This document shows positions 38,495-52,505 of a stretch of 64,000 nucleotides of DNA, piece after piece. Position 1 is the first letter of the stretch; each line of letters starts with the position of its first letter. Location of the stretch: the NCBI RefSeq assembly GCF_009914755.1, contig NC_060945.1; one strand, given 5' to 3'. The translations under genes and the position numbers were made by a program. The DNA is from the human T2T-CHM13v2.0 reference genome, Homo sapiens. A model generated the notes under the pieces. It did not search any database, was not told the origin of the DNA, and was given only the letters and a program-made list of their open reading frames with translations.

Positions 38495-40964
38495 CCGTTC
38501 TTCTCACTCTCACAGTCATGCCCAATTGAGTTTTCCTAATATATAAGATGGTTTAGTTCAGCAATTGTAGAAGAGGGATAACCTATAAAGCTTATATTGC
38601 AAACCAGGTAAACTATCTGAATTAGCATTACTTTAAAGAAGAATCTCTATTTCTTTAACTCCAAACCCTCAGCTACGAAATATATTTTTATCAGGGTTAT
38701 AGAGGTATTATGTGAAAATTCTACTGTATCTAAAATCTTCAGGTCATGCTGTCCAAAACCCCTCACCAGAGATGCAGAATTGAGCTAAAGTGACTTGCTT
38801 AATGTCACCAGCACAATGGCTATTTAGTGACAAATCCAAGACCAGTACCCAGATCTCTTTACTCTCATTGTGGAGCTTGTTTCTGCAAACCGCAACTGGA
38901 TTCACTTTAGTTTTCTAAAGGAAGTATCTGAATGAATGACTGTTTAGCACAGCCCAAGCTGCTGTGTAACTAGGTCACTGAATACAAGTTTACTTTTCTT
39001 AAGAACAAGGTGTGAACAACCACCATCTGAGCATGAATGAGACCTGCAATGGTGTACTATAGGCTTGAGGAAACTGCCCTCTGCTGGGATGCAGTGATGC
39101 TGCCTTTCACCATACCTTTAAAAGAAGGACTGAACTATTAAATATTCCCCGAGGTTCAATGAGGAATAAAGGAGGCACGCAGAGATATTGGTACACGGAA
39201 GCAAAACGTTTTGCCATATGCCTTCTTAGAAAATTATTTTCCAGCTGCAGTCAAATTCCCTTTAACAACTGCATCTGCATTTGTAACCCCTACGCAGCAT
39301 CCCGGCTGCTCCACGATGGCCTTGGGGGATATCTGTTACAGGGCTGGATGCCCTCTTATGAGAAATCTGGGAGTTGTATGCCCTGATTCTCACCCACCTC
39401 AAACCAAGAGGACACAGTGGTTACCGTTGTGTGTTACCAGATAAGGTTACAGAAGGGATCAGAGAGGTGTCTGTGATTCAGTTCAAGGCCAAGGTAATTG
39501 CTACAACTTCAGCACTGAAGCGTTTTACAAAGGAAATAGCACCATCAGGTTGCAACACTGGTTTTCCTGTTCAATCTTAAAAAGGAACTGCCCTCAATAA
39601 ATCATCTTCCTAATGGAAATGACAGAATTATTCTCCCAGGAGGACAATACAAACCACACATCCCTCTTAATAGGAAGGAAACACAGAGCCACAGCTGCCT
39701 GGGAGGATCCAAGGCTTCCAAGGGATTTGTTTCCCCTTTGTCCCTCTGAGGTCACTTTTTACAAATTTTCTAAGTCATTGTTTACATGTAAACATAGACC
39801 CCCATCTCCTCAAATATGTTGTCTGTTTCATTTTTTTCTAAAAACTATGTCTATGGTTAATGTAAGGGAAAAAAATCATCATATATCTAAAGCAAAAAGT
39901 AAAGTTGTAAATCAGAGTAAGGTATGTTTTTGTTAATAATGCCAATAAAATTAAATGCAAAAAAACAGAGTGGTAGCTTTTGGAGAAGACTGTGTGATTA
40001 TCTCTCCTTCTGCGTTTGTCTTATTTTTAAATATTGTATATTTTTATAATTGGATTATAAAATTCTTGTTATTTAAAATCATTTATTCGATCATGTATAA
40101 TCTACCACAAGGGTTTGATGCATACCAATATCACTAGCAACTTTTAAAAGTGGAGCAGAAATATATAGATCATATAATGGGATTTTAAAACCAGAACTAA
40201 TAATTCACTTTCACGTTCTCTATCAATTGCATTACGTTTATTAAGAATTAGTAATAAACTTTGCATATGGCATTTGGCAAAGAAACTTCAATTCATTTCT
40301 TTAAAAATGAATTTGTTAGAACTCCAGGTTTCTTTTCCAATCAAAACTTTAGGAAATGCCACTCCCAAACCAACTGAACAGCCAGGCTTTTGGTTTCTGA
40401 GAAATTCTTGCCCAGGTCACCAGAGAATGAAAGGTCAACTTTGAGGAAGTTTCTGGAACAAGGAAGAATATCAGTGAAATTGGCTGGAATTTTTTGAGCG
40501 GTGAAAAAAAAAATCCCTTGACTATTAAGTAAGCTATATGTGAGTAAGGTCACAGTTTTATCAAATTCATCCTGGGCATTTGGTCAGATCCTTTGAAACT
40601 TTTTCCCATGGTTAACATTCTATTTTGTTGCATTTTTGGCATGATGACTAAGAGATTTGGGGCACTGGCCCAAAAATCATAATTTTTTTTTGTTGTTGTT
40701 GTTATAACAAATTAATAAATTAGAGGAAATAGGTGTTCTTTTTTTTTTTTTGGAAATTCACAATGAATAGCCTACTTTGGGGAGAAAAACATCACAATTT
40801 GTTACATGTTCTTTTTGCATTCTTAATTTTTATTTTTTCTGCCATGATAAATCTTATGGAGCTCTTAAACAGAAGCGTTTTCCAAATACGGTTCTTAAGA
40901 CCCTACAGTTTTCTCCCGCTTCCATCTAAAGATCTGCATGAAGCCAAAGTTTCTTTATATGTTT

Positions 40965-41340
40965 CATCCAAAATAACATGTTGTAATAGACTGAATGCAG
41001 AAGCAGATAAAAGAAATTGTCTTCTATTAAGCCAGACATAAAAGATTTTCAAAAATGTGAAACAATGACGTTTTCTCACTTTCCTTGTTTCAAAAAATAG
41101 TTACTTTTCACAGAAATATGTCATTTATGGAAATAAATTTAGTATTTTTCATTAATTGCTTTTGTCCATTACTATTATTTGTAATGTATTAGTAAATACA
41201 TATTTTTTATTTTCTCAGTATTAATTTCAAATACAGTAAATAGCAACAGAAAGAACCAACCGAAATAGAAACTCTTTGGGATCCTCAAATTTCTAACAAT
41301 GTAAGAAGGTCCTAAGATCAAAAAGTATGAGAATTTCTAA
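40965..41340 (+). mobile_element. Charlie1-type hAT 3' fragment
   Basis: TGAATGCAGAAGCAGATA..TGTCTTCTATTAAGCCAGACAT..GGTCCTAAGATCAAAAAGTATGAGAA. Confidence 0.82.
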
Positions 41341-41981
41341 GATAGAGAAGCCCCTTCCTTTTTAAGTTTCATGTACACGTTTCTGGCGGGAATAGAGCCT
41401 GTACTATATCTCTGCACAACTCTCAGAGATACTTCTTTGAACCTTTGAGATTTTAAATAGACTATTAGGGTTGACCACCCTGCTCTCAAACAATGTGTAA
41501 GGGTATTTACAATCTGTAACCCTGCTATAAGTCATAAATAAAATGGAGCTAGTGAAGAGAACTTTTTATCTGGGGTCATCAATAGGTGCTGAATTTAAGA
41601 AGACAGCAGCATTGTCCTCAGGCATAAAAGGCAAATAAAAACAAACGCACACATCCCATCATGCAGGAGTTTAAACACCACGTATAAGTATATTTCCATA
41701 TCTTAATTGATGAATTTATGATCTATTCTGTACAGATATTCTGATTTATACTAAATATAAGCCAGTTTAGCCCCCCCGAAGCAGCTCAATACATGCCTAA
41801 TTTTGTATCACACGCTGTAGAACCAAACTCCTTCTTTCTATTAAACTACTACTACAGGCGTCATTTATGTTGTTATCCTTGCCTAAAAAAATGCCCCCTA
41901 TTCTTTCCTTTACTTTCAAAGCTCAAGCTAAGTTGTACCTTCCTCTACCAAGATTTCCTTGATAAAATTCAATGAAATAAA

Positions 41982-42482
41982 CTGTTTGCAAACATGGCCC
42001 TAATTCTCTACATCTCCCTGTATCCATACCCTTTCCAGGTGGCTTTAAAATTTCTCTCATCGAAAAGTAGAGTCTGTTTTCCTATTCTTTGAAACTTAGC
42101 CTACCTTGTGATTCACTTTGTCCAGTAAAATGTAATGCAAGTAACAGCATACTAGTTTTAAGCAAAGACCTCTCTCTCTTGCTCCTTTGTCTTCCTCACA
42201 AGAACGAGATCACAAGAGCAGTTGGAAGATGACAGACCACATGGAGCAGAGCCTTATCATCCAGGTTGAGGCCATTCTAGAACAGCAAACTCCAGCTGGC
42301 CTACCATTTGACTGAAGATGTGTGAATCAGCCAAACCAAGAGCATATATTTCTGGCCTAGGTGAAAATAACCAACTAGCCAAACTATAAACTTGTGAGAA
42401 ATAATAAATAATTTTTGTTTTAAACCACTAAGTTTTTGAATGGTTTGCTATGCAGCATTATTTTAGCAATAGATAACTGATT
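41982..42482 (+). mobile_element. Old MLT1 (G/H-like) LTR
   Basis: ATGGCCCTAATTCT...AGTAGAGTCTGTTTCC...TTTAAACCACTAAGTTTT...GCAATAGATAACTGA. Confidence 0.78.
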
Positions 42483-43824
42483 TGCTAATCCTCTAATTTC
42501 CCCAGAGAATGAACCATATATCTGCAATGAGTCCTAGACATTTTTCCTTCATTATATACTGTCTTAGGCTGTGAATTGGTGTTTCTGAACTACTTGAGAG
42601 ACTATAGTACACCTTAGCTTTCCTGTTTTTGGCTCAATAGATATCTAATTGGTACATGGAGCAATTGGGAAACTTAAATTTCTAGACATAGAAGGATTCT
42701 TCAAAATTACTAATTTCTTACCTGACATACATTTTCCCCTGAAATTACAATTTTAAGGAAATTTGTCTTTTAAGGAACGAATTTATCTTTCTTTTGCTTA
42801 TTTTTCCTCCAAGACTCAATCTCCATGAGTTCCAAGACTCAATGAGTATGCAGAATTTATAACCACACAACTACAGCTTGATCTGCCAGAAGAAAACATT
42901 TTCAATTTAATCGCTTTCTCATTTCTATCACTGAAATTCTAGAGCTCTGTAATCTACTGTCTCCATCATTTTTGTTATTAATATTATTTTGGAAACTGTT
43001 CAAAAAGAAAGCGAGTCACTTTGCCTGAAAGGCAATTGGCTCCTGCTCCAGGGTGGCCTCAAGATGCTACCTCTCAAGAACACTCTGTTCATTCCCTGAA
43101 AACTTGTGCCACGAGCAGCCAATGACAAAGATGCAAAGCTTGTCCTCCAGAACCTCACATTTCTTTTTCTGTCTGCCTTTACGCCTTTCTGGTCACTTAT
43201 CTCCCCAACATCCTAAAAAATTCAATGCCTTAAGCCTTTTTCTGAATAACAGAAGTCCCACAATGTGAAAACTATTCTCCCTTCAAAATGCTCCATGACC
43301 GAAAGGTGATTTGCCTTCTTCCCTGAGTCCTTACCAAAGTCATGATCCTTACCAAAGTGTCATTTATCTCACCTCGGTGTCTGGTAGAAGAATTTTATTA
43401 GAATTATTCATGTGAATAAGTGGTAGCTTAATAAACTAACTAGAACAATCATTTGCATAAAGAGGATGATTGTTAATAAAATTATAGCAGTGGTAATAAA
43501 CTATTTGTGGAAGGATCTGCTACCTGTTCACCAAATATCATTGTCTACTCTTCTTCCTGGGCACATTATTTCTCACCCAGGGTTACTCAGAAATTGCACG
43601 TTGAAGAATTTCCATTTACCAGGTTTCCTGAATTACTGCATGAGGAGGGACTGCTTTTCTAACCTGTTAACTGTTACGTGAACAACAGAGAAACTTTAGT
43701 TTTGTTTAAATTATAAAAATATTGGGGTTTATGGAAGCTAGAGTTACCCTGAATAATTCACTATACTTTATTCATAATGTGATTTATCCTTTTAAAGAAA
43801 CTTTTTATTCATTTATTCACAAGC

Positions 43825-44050
43825 AAATTTCACCAAAATTTTTCTATAAAAGGCCAGCTAGTAAATATTTTAGATATTGTAAGTCATATAGTCTCCGTTG
43901 TCACCACTCCACTCTGTCATTGTAATATGAAGCAAGCCATAGATGACACATAAAACAATGGTCATGGCTATGTTTCAATAAAACTTTATTTACCAAAAGA
44001 AGAGGGAGGTAGGCTGGATTTGGCCCATAGGTATATTTTGCTAACTCCTT
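43825..44050. mobile_element. MER58A
   Basis: TTTTCTATAAAAGGCCAG..TAGTAAATATTTTAG..AAGCAAGCCATAGA..CAATAAAACTTTATTT..GCTGGATTTGGCCC. Confidence 0.85.
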
Positions 44051-44089
44051 TGATAGATGATAGGTAAGTAAAACTAGAACCATACCTTT

Positions 44090-44279
44090 ATGATATTGGC
44101 TGGGGTCACTCCCACAACTGCATTCAACAGAGTATTTGATGGTGTCTGAAATTTTAAGATAGTTTCATTCTTACATCTGGTGCTTTATCCACTGTAACTG
44201 AAACATCTGGGGGCTCTCTGAGCTCAAACTTCTTCACATGGTGCTGGATCCCAAGAGTCAACCATGGGAGCTGCCAACC
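44090..44279 (-). mobile_element. Old MLT1 LTR fragment
   Basis: Visibly homologous to 45170-45340. Confidence 0.6.
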
Positions 44280-44890
44280 TGAAAACCTTAAAATATGTAG
44301 AAAATTTAAGTAGGGCAACACCTGTTTGGCCCCAGTGAAGAATGTATTGGAATGGAAGCTGAGAGTTTATGCTGTATCTCATCCAATGAAGAAGGACCTG
44401 AGGTCACCTGCAAGAAGGGTAAAAACATAAAGTCCCACATGGCACAAAAGACTTCCCCAGACACTATGCTCAGAGACTTGACCAAACTTTAGCTTGACTT
44501 CCTCCTGTCATGGGTGGAAGCCATGTCCCTAACAGTGACCCCAGCCTTGTACCGAATCTTCACCCAAGAACGTACAGCACTTCCAAATCATAAAAAATAC
44601 ATTGTTTCAACCCATCTTGCCAAACCATTCGCAGTAATTCTCCACCTACCCCTTTCTGTAGTTTTTCCACTTCCACATGGCTCCCTAGTCCATTTTTCCT
44701 TTTTTATTTCCCCGTAAGTCCTTTTTTGTGTCCTATCTGTTCTCCCCTTAAAAACCTCAGTTATCTTTGTCTTAGTTGGAGTTGAGCTCAGGGGCTCAGT
44801 CTATACTGGAGACTCTTTACTTACTGCAGTAAGTCTAATTAAATAGTCTTGCCACCTTTAACAAGAGCCCAGCACTGTTTTTCTCTAACA
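44280..44890 (+). mobile_element. ERV1 solo LTR (MER31/MER90-like group)
   Basis: TG...CA termini; GGAGTTGAGCTCAG..CTATACTGGAG..CTTTAACAAG..TTTTTCTCTAACA 3' end. Confidence 0.68.
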
Positions 44891-45021
44891 AGTGTAGACA
44901 GAAATAATTAGAAGAAACTGGAGAAGGGCTCCATTATTTTCAACAAATACATCAGCCATACTTTATTTCCCCTCCTGTAAGGGAGGTATCTGAAAGTAGA
45001 ATAATGTTTAGATTTGGTAAT

Positions 45022-45521
45022 TGTATTAGTTACCTATTGCTACATAAAAGAAATCCCAAAACTTAGTGGCTTAAAATAGCAATGACTTTTTTAACGATTC
45101 TATAGATTGGCTGGGCTCATCTACATGATTTGTTTTCTCTTCCTGATATTCGCTACATGATATTGACTCCTAAAGCTGCATTCAACAGGATGCTTGATCA
45201 GGGCTGAGCTACTAAGATGGATTTATCTTCATATCTAGTGACTCATTCGGTGTGGCTAAAAGATCTGCGAGTCAATGGAACTCAAGCTTCTTTACATGGT
45301 GCTGGGTCCCAAGAGTTCAACAATGGAAGCTTCAAGGGTTCTTAAAATCTACCTCTGGAATCACATGTTTTTACTTTCTGTATATTCTACTAGTCAAATG
45401 AAGACACAGGGTCAGCCCAGATTCAGCAGGAAGGGAAGTAGACTCTTCCTCTTGAGAATGAAGTGGCATAGAGCTGCAGACATGGGAAGAATTGGCAGCC
45501 ATGTTTGCAGATCCTACTACA
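45022..45521 (-). mobile_element. Old MLT1 LTR
   Basis: TGTATTAGTTACCTATTGCTACATAA..CCCAAAACTTAGTGGCTTAAAA..CAGCCCAGATTCA..GGCAGCCAT..CTACTACA. Confidence 0.8.
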
Positions 45522-47049
45522 ACAGTTCACATCCTGTTCACAAGTGTTATTGAATGGTCGTAGGAGAATTCTACATTCAAATTGAACAGGAAAAATGGAT
45601 TGAACCTAAGTTGGGAGTTTGTGGGGAGTCTCCAACAGGGAACAGCAAAGAGCAAGACTGCTGGGGGCAAACTTGAAATAGTTCACGTGCAAGAACATAG
45701 GATGGGTATAAGATGAGTAATGAAGTCTGTGAGGTGAAGGAAGAGCTGATAGACTTATATATTTATCCCATTTGATGAGATAAACCATCTCTTAAGTGCA
45801 GAAATATTTGATGATGGTTTCCTTTCCTCATCCTCTTTAATTATGTCACTGGATGCTGCTCTTAATACAAGGAACTGTGAGTTTCTAGTAGAATCATTTT
45901 GTCTTGCAAGCTTCTGCTTGAAAAAAAAATTAAGAAGATAAATTTCAGCACCTTCCTTTCAAATAAGCAACTGCACAAACTGTAATAACCGTTACAGATG
46001 GTTGTTTTACCTTCAGCATCTGCATTTCAAAACCATGAGGAAAATAAAATTATAACTTCTAGCAATTTTTGATAGGAAATTCAGTATTTTATAGAAGCAA
46101 ATCAATTGACCAAATCAATTGACTACATTTTATACACATCATGCAAGGTCAATGTAGTAAGCAAGGTTTACACATCTCAATGCAATATGCATATGGAATA
46201 ACATATAATGGAAGAAAAGTATACAAGATCAGCATGAGAGCCTTAACAGGCTCAAGGCAGTCTGGATCTCTCAAACCTTCTAAGGCTGAGAGACTCAGCA
46301 GTGAAAAGGTAAATATAAGAGGGTTACTTTCCAACACAAAACTAAAAGACATCCTTTATTTTCCCCCTTTATTTAAAGTGAGAGTGTATTGTGAAAGGGA
46401 AATAGACTGGAGGAAGAAAGAATAAGTGCACAGGAATTCCCAAGGAAAACCACTGGGAAATTTTTGACCGGTACACTGAAAAGTCTATTGCTGAATTTCA
46501 CATCCTTCTCTTTCCCTCCCAACTCCAGAACTCTCCTCACTACACAAGTAGTGGACCCTTCCTAATGTCATAAGGCTGCACTAGGTTTTTCTCAACTCGA
46601 AACAGAGAGATTGAAAAATTGACAGAATAGGGATAATGAAAGAGAGACGTATAATAGATAGATAAAAATAACTACTTTTATGTTGTCTAGTTTGGTCTTC
46701 TTTGCTAAGGAGATTTTTTAAAAATAGACTTTATTTTTTGACATAAGTTTAACGTTCACAGAAAAGTTGGGAAGAAAGTATGGAGTTCCCGTATACCCTC
46801 TGCCCCACGTGCACAGCCTCCCCCACTGTCAGCATTCCACACCAGAGTGGTCCACTTGTCACATCATCATCACCACACTCCATAGTTTACATTAGGGCTC
46901 AGTCTTATTATAAATTCTACGGAGTTTCGCAAATGTATAACAAGATGTATCCACCATTATAGTAGCATATAGAACAGTTTCAATGCCCCTAAAAATCCTG
47001 CGTTCCACTTATTCATCCCTCCCTCTCCTATAACCCCTGGAAAATACTG

Positions 47050-47350
47050 ATTTTTAAAAAAATTTTGTGGGTACATAGGTGTATATATTTATGGGAGACA
47101 TGAGATGTTTTGATACAGACATGCAATGTGAAATAAGCACATCATGGAGAATGGGGTATCCATGCCCTCAATCATTTATCCTTTGAGTTATAGATAATCC
47201 AATTACACTCTTTATTTTAAAATATACAGTTATTATTGACTATAGTCACCCTGTTGTGCTACCAAACAGTAGGTCTGATTCATTCATTCCGACTACTTTT
47301 TGTACCCATTAACCATCCTGACCACCCCTCACTCACCCTGCCATTATCCT
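47050..47350 (-). mobile_element. L1MA 3' fragment nested in the older L1
   Basis: GTGGGTACATAGGTGTATATATTTATGGG..CACATCATGGAGAATGGGGTATCC. Confidence 0.85.
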
Positions 47351-47858
47351 TCCTTTTCCAAAATGTCATATAGTTGGAATCATACAGTATGTAACATTTT
47401 CATATAGATTTCTTTCATTTAATAATATGCACTTAAATTGTCTCCATTTCTTTTCATGGTTTGTTAGCTCATTTCTGTTTAACACTGAATAATATTCCAT
47501 TGTGGATATACCACAGTTTGTTTATTCATTCTCCTACTGAAGGACATCTCGGTTGCATTCAAGTTTTAGCAATTATGAATAAAGTTGCTATAACCATCTA
47601 TGTGCAGATTTTTGTGTAGAATAAGATTTTTACATATTTGAGTAAGTACCAGGGAGTGATTGCTGGATTTTAAGATTATGTTAAGTTTTATAAGAAACTG
47701 TTAAGCTGTTTTCCAAATGGCAATACCTTTTCACATCCCACAAGCAATAAATGAGGGTTCCTGTTGTTCCTCAACCTCACCAGCATTTTGTATTATCAGT
47801 GTTTTGGATTTTAGCCATTAGGGATGTCTCTTTTTTTTAATTTACGATTCTCTAATGA

Positions 47859-48101
<243 letters not shown>

Positions 48102-49864
48102 TGAGTTTGTTCTTTGTATATTTTGGATAATACTCCTTTATCAGCCATGTCTTTTGCAAATATTTCTATCTGTGGCTTGCCTCTTCATTCTCTTGACATT
48201 GTCTTTCACACAGAAGAAAATTTTGATTTTAATAAGCTCCAGCCAATCAGTTATTTTGTTCATGGATCTTGTCTTTGCTGTGTATCTAAAAAGTCATCAC
48301 CACACCCAAGGTCATTTGGATATTCTCTTATATTATCTTCCTGGACTTTTATAGTTTTTTGTTTTACATTTAGGTCTGTCACTCATTTTTTGTTAAGTTT
48401 CATAAACAGTGCAGGGTCTGTGCCTAGATTCCTCTTTTTGCATGTAGATGTCCAGCTGTTCCAGCACCATTTGCTGAAAAGACTATTTTGGTTTCATTGA
48501 TTCCCTTTGTTCCTTTGTCGAAGACCAGTTGGCTATATTTATGTAGGTCTGTTTCTAGGCTCTCTATTCCATTCTATTAATCTATTTGTCTATTCTTTTG
48601 CTAATATCACACTGTTTTTATTACTGTAGCTTTATAGTAAGTTTTGAAGTTAGGTAGTGTCAGTCTTCTGACTTTATTCTTCTCTTTCAATATTGTGTTT
48701 GCCATTCTGGGTCTTTTGCCTCTCTATATATACTTTAGAATAATTTTGTCAATATCTAAAAAGTAACTTGCTGAGGTTTTCAGTGGCACTGCATTGAATC
48801 TATAGATCAAGTTGGGAAGAACTTACATCTTGAAAATATTGAGTATTCCTATCCACAAACATGGGCTATCTCTTCATTTATCTAGTTTTTCTTTGATTTT
48901 TTAATCAGAGCTCTGTAGTTTTCCTCATATAGATCTTGAACATATTTTGTTAAATTTATACTTAAAGTATTTCACTTTGGAGTGGCTAATAATGTAAATT
49001 TTGTTGTGTTTGTAATTTAATATCCACTTGTTCATTGCTGGAATATTAAGAAAGTGATTGGATTTTATATGTTAATCTGTGTCCTGCAACCTTGCTATAT
49101 ATATTTATTAGATCCAGATTTATGTCAATTTTTTCAGATTGTCTACATAGACAATTATGTCATCTGAGAACAAAGACAGTTTTATTTCTTCCTTCCTTAT
49201 TTGTATACCTTTTATATCATTTTTTAATCTTACTATATAAGTTAGGACTTCCAGTTAAGAGATTGAAAGGGAACATCCTTCTTTTGTTCCTGTTCTTAGT
49301 GGGAAAGTTTCTGTTTTTTCACCATTAAGTAAAGGCTAGCTGTAGAGTTTTTGTAGATATTATTTATCAAGTTAAGGAAGTTCCTTTTTCTATTCCTAGT
49401 TTGATGATTTTATCATTAATTGCTTTTGTATTTTGTCAAATGCTTTTCCTGCATCTATTGCTATGATTATGTGATTTTGGTTCTTTAGTCTGTTGATGTA
49501 CTAGAATATGTTAATTGATTTTCTAAACAAGCCTTGCATAGCAAGCCTTGCATAACTAGTATAAATCCCACATGGTTTTAGTGAATAATTCTTTGCTGTA
49601 ATGTGTAACTGGATATAATTTGTCAAGGAATTTTGCATCTATGTTAATGAGAGATATTGGTCTGTAGGTTTTTCCTTTCAATACAATGTCTTTGTCTGGC
49701 TTTGGTATTAGAGTGAAGCTGGACTCACAGAATGAATTAGGAAGTCTTCCCTCTGCTTCAATCTTCTGAAAGGGGTTGTAAAGAACTGGTATAATTTCTT
49801 GCTGAAATGTTTAGTAGAATTCCCCAGTGAATCCATCTGGGCCTGATGCTTTCTGTTTTGGAAG

Positions 49865-50070
49865 TGTGTTAGTCTGTTTTGCATAAAGGAATACTTGAGG
49901 CTGGGTAATTTATAAAGAAAATAATTTTATTTGGTTCATGGTTCTGTAGGTTGTGCAAGAAGCATAGCACCAGCATTTGCTGCTGGTGGGGCTTCAGGGA
50001 GCTTCCACTCATGGTGGAAGGCACAGAGGAAGCACACATGTCACACTGCATGAGAGGGAGCAAGAGAGAT
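49865..50070 (-). mobile_element. MST LTR fragment
   Basis: TGTGTTAGTCTGTTTTGC..ATAAAGGAATACTTGAGGCTGGGTAATTTATAAAG. Confidence 0.85.
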
Positions 50071-51729
50071 GGCGTGCTATACTATAGTGAATATGTATAG
50101 TAAATATGTATATTTACTAAATATATATGTTTAGTTCTATATATTTATACATATATTTATAAACATTATGTGGCATACCTTAAGTATACACAATAAAATT
50201 TATTTTTTAAAAAGATTATGTCTTTGCAGGAATTGGTCCATTTCATCTAGGTTATCAAATATGTATGGGCATAGAATTATCGCTGGTATTCTGTTTTCTT
50301 TTTTATGTCCATGGGATCTGTAATAATAATCCCTCTTTTCTAATATTAGTAATTTATGTTTTCTCTTATTTTTTTCTTAGCCTTGCTAGACATTCCTCAA
50401 TTTTATTGATTCTTTTTCAAAGAACCAGCTTTTAGTTTTCTTGATTTTTATTCATTGATTACCTGTTTTCAATTTTATTGATTTCTGCTCTAATTTTTAT
50501 TATTTTTGTATTTATTTTCTTCTGCTTACTTTGAATTTAATTTGCTCTTCTTTTTCTGTTCTGAAAGTGGAAGCTTAGATTATTGATCTTTGATCTTTCT
50601 TCTTTTCTAAAATATGTGTGCAATGCTATAAACTTCCCCATAATCACTGCTTTCACTGCATCTCACAAATTTTGATAAGCTGCATCTTCATTTTCATTTA
50701 GTTCAAGATATTTTAAAATTTCTCCTGAGACTTATTCTTTGATCCATGCATTATTTAGAAGTGTGTCGTTTAATTTCCAAGTATTTTGAGATTTTCCATA
50801 TATCTTTCTGTTATTAATTTCTAGATTAATTCCATTGTGTTCTGAGAGCATACATTGTATAATTTCTATTCCTTTAAATTTGTTGAAGTGTGGTTTATGG
50901 CTCAAACTGTGTTATATCTTTTGAATGTTCCATGTGAGCTTCAGAATAATGTGTATTCTGCAGTTGTTAGATAAAGTATTCTATAGATGTCATTTATAAC
51001 ATATCCAGTTGACTAGTGGTGGTGTTGAGTGCAAGTATGTCCTGATTATCTGTCACTGAGTCTGTTCATTTATGATAGAGGAGTATTGAAGTCTCCAACT
51101 ATATAGTGGATCCATCTATTTCTCATTTCAGTTCCATGTTTTTGTCTCAGATATTTTGACACTCTATTTTTAGGCATGTAAACATAAATAATTATTATGT
51201 CTTCTTGAAGAACTGACCCTCTTTATCCCTAATAAGTTTCCTTGCTTTGAAGTCAGCTCTGTCTTAGATTAACATAACTACTTTCTTTATTTTGACTAGG
51301 GGTATCTTTCTCCATCCCTTTACTTTTAGTCTGTATATTAAAGTCTGTATTAGTCTGCTCAGCCTGCCATAACAAAATACCACAGGCTGGAGTTAGGCAT
51401 TCTGCTTTCCCCAGGTCAATTAGGTGCTGATAAAACACCAATGTGTTGGGCCCTGGAAAATAATTTCTCTTGAGGCCAGGTAGGTCTTGCAAGAACAGAA
51501 TCGTTGACATAAGCAAGTTTAACTATGACTTGATTTTATTTGCATTATTAATTAATTTGTCTGTTAGGCTGAACGTCCAAAGAACATTTTTTCAAGTTCA
51601 CTATCTTTACTAGGCTTTATCATGATGTTGGTATACCTGGGTTGTTTGGTTTCTTCATCAATTTCCCATTGTTATATAACAAGTTGCCACAAATTTAGCA
51701 ACTCGAAACAAGACAAATTTATTATCTTA

Positions 51730-52505
51730 TGTCAATGAAAAGAGTCAAACTCTGTAAAATATTTGAATAGATTTATTCTTAGCCAAATATGAGTGTCCAT
51801 GGCCCATGACACAGCCCTGAGGAGGTCCTGAGAACATGTGCCCAGGGTGGTCGGGGTGCAGCTTGGTTTTGTATATTTTAGGGAGGCATGAGACATCAAT
51901 TGAATACATTTAGGAAGGCATGAGACAAAATTGAATAAATACATTCGTTTGGTTCACAAAGTCAGGATAACTAAAGCAGAGGTTTCCAGGCTATAGGTAA
52001 ATTTAAACATTTTCTGGTTGACAAGTGGTTGAGTTTATCTCAAGACCTGGGATCAATGGAAAGGAACATCCAGGTTAAGATAAAGGATTGTGGAGACCAA
52101 GTTTTATTGTGCAGAGGAAGCTCTCAGCAGACTTCAGAGAGAGAACAGGTTGTAAATGTTTCTTATCAGACCTAAAAGGGTGCCTGGCTCTTAGCTGATT
52201 ATCTCCTGGATCTGCAAAGAATGGAAGGAAAACAAAAGGGGGAGGGGATTCTTTATAGAATGTGGATTTTTCCCACAAGAGACTTCTCAGGGCAATTTCA
52301 AGGTATGGCAAGGAAATATATTTTGGGGTTAAATACTTTTTCCTTGTTTCATAATGTTATGCCAGAGTCAGATTGAAAAGTAAGTCACGATATATAGGGT
52401 CAAATAAAACCCATCTAATGAGAACTGATGGTTTGTAGGGCATGAACTCCCTAGACCTCTTGGGTAAGAATTTGGCCAAGATAAAAAGTCAGAGCTTAAT
52501 CCTCA
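51730..52505 (-). mobile_element. MER4 (MER4E-like) solo LTR inserted into an MLT1 (~51670-51729 and 52506-52730)
   Basis: TGTCAATGAAAAGAGTCAAACTCTGTAAAATATTTG...AGAGCTTAATCCTCA; 776 bp. Confidence 0.9.

Noticed and set aside
44090-45340. Apparent direct duplication, 44090-44279 versus 45170-45340
   Set aside because: Low identity; explained by related old MLT1 copies.
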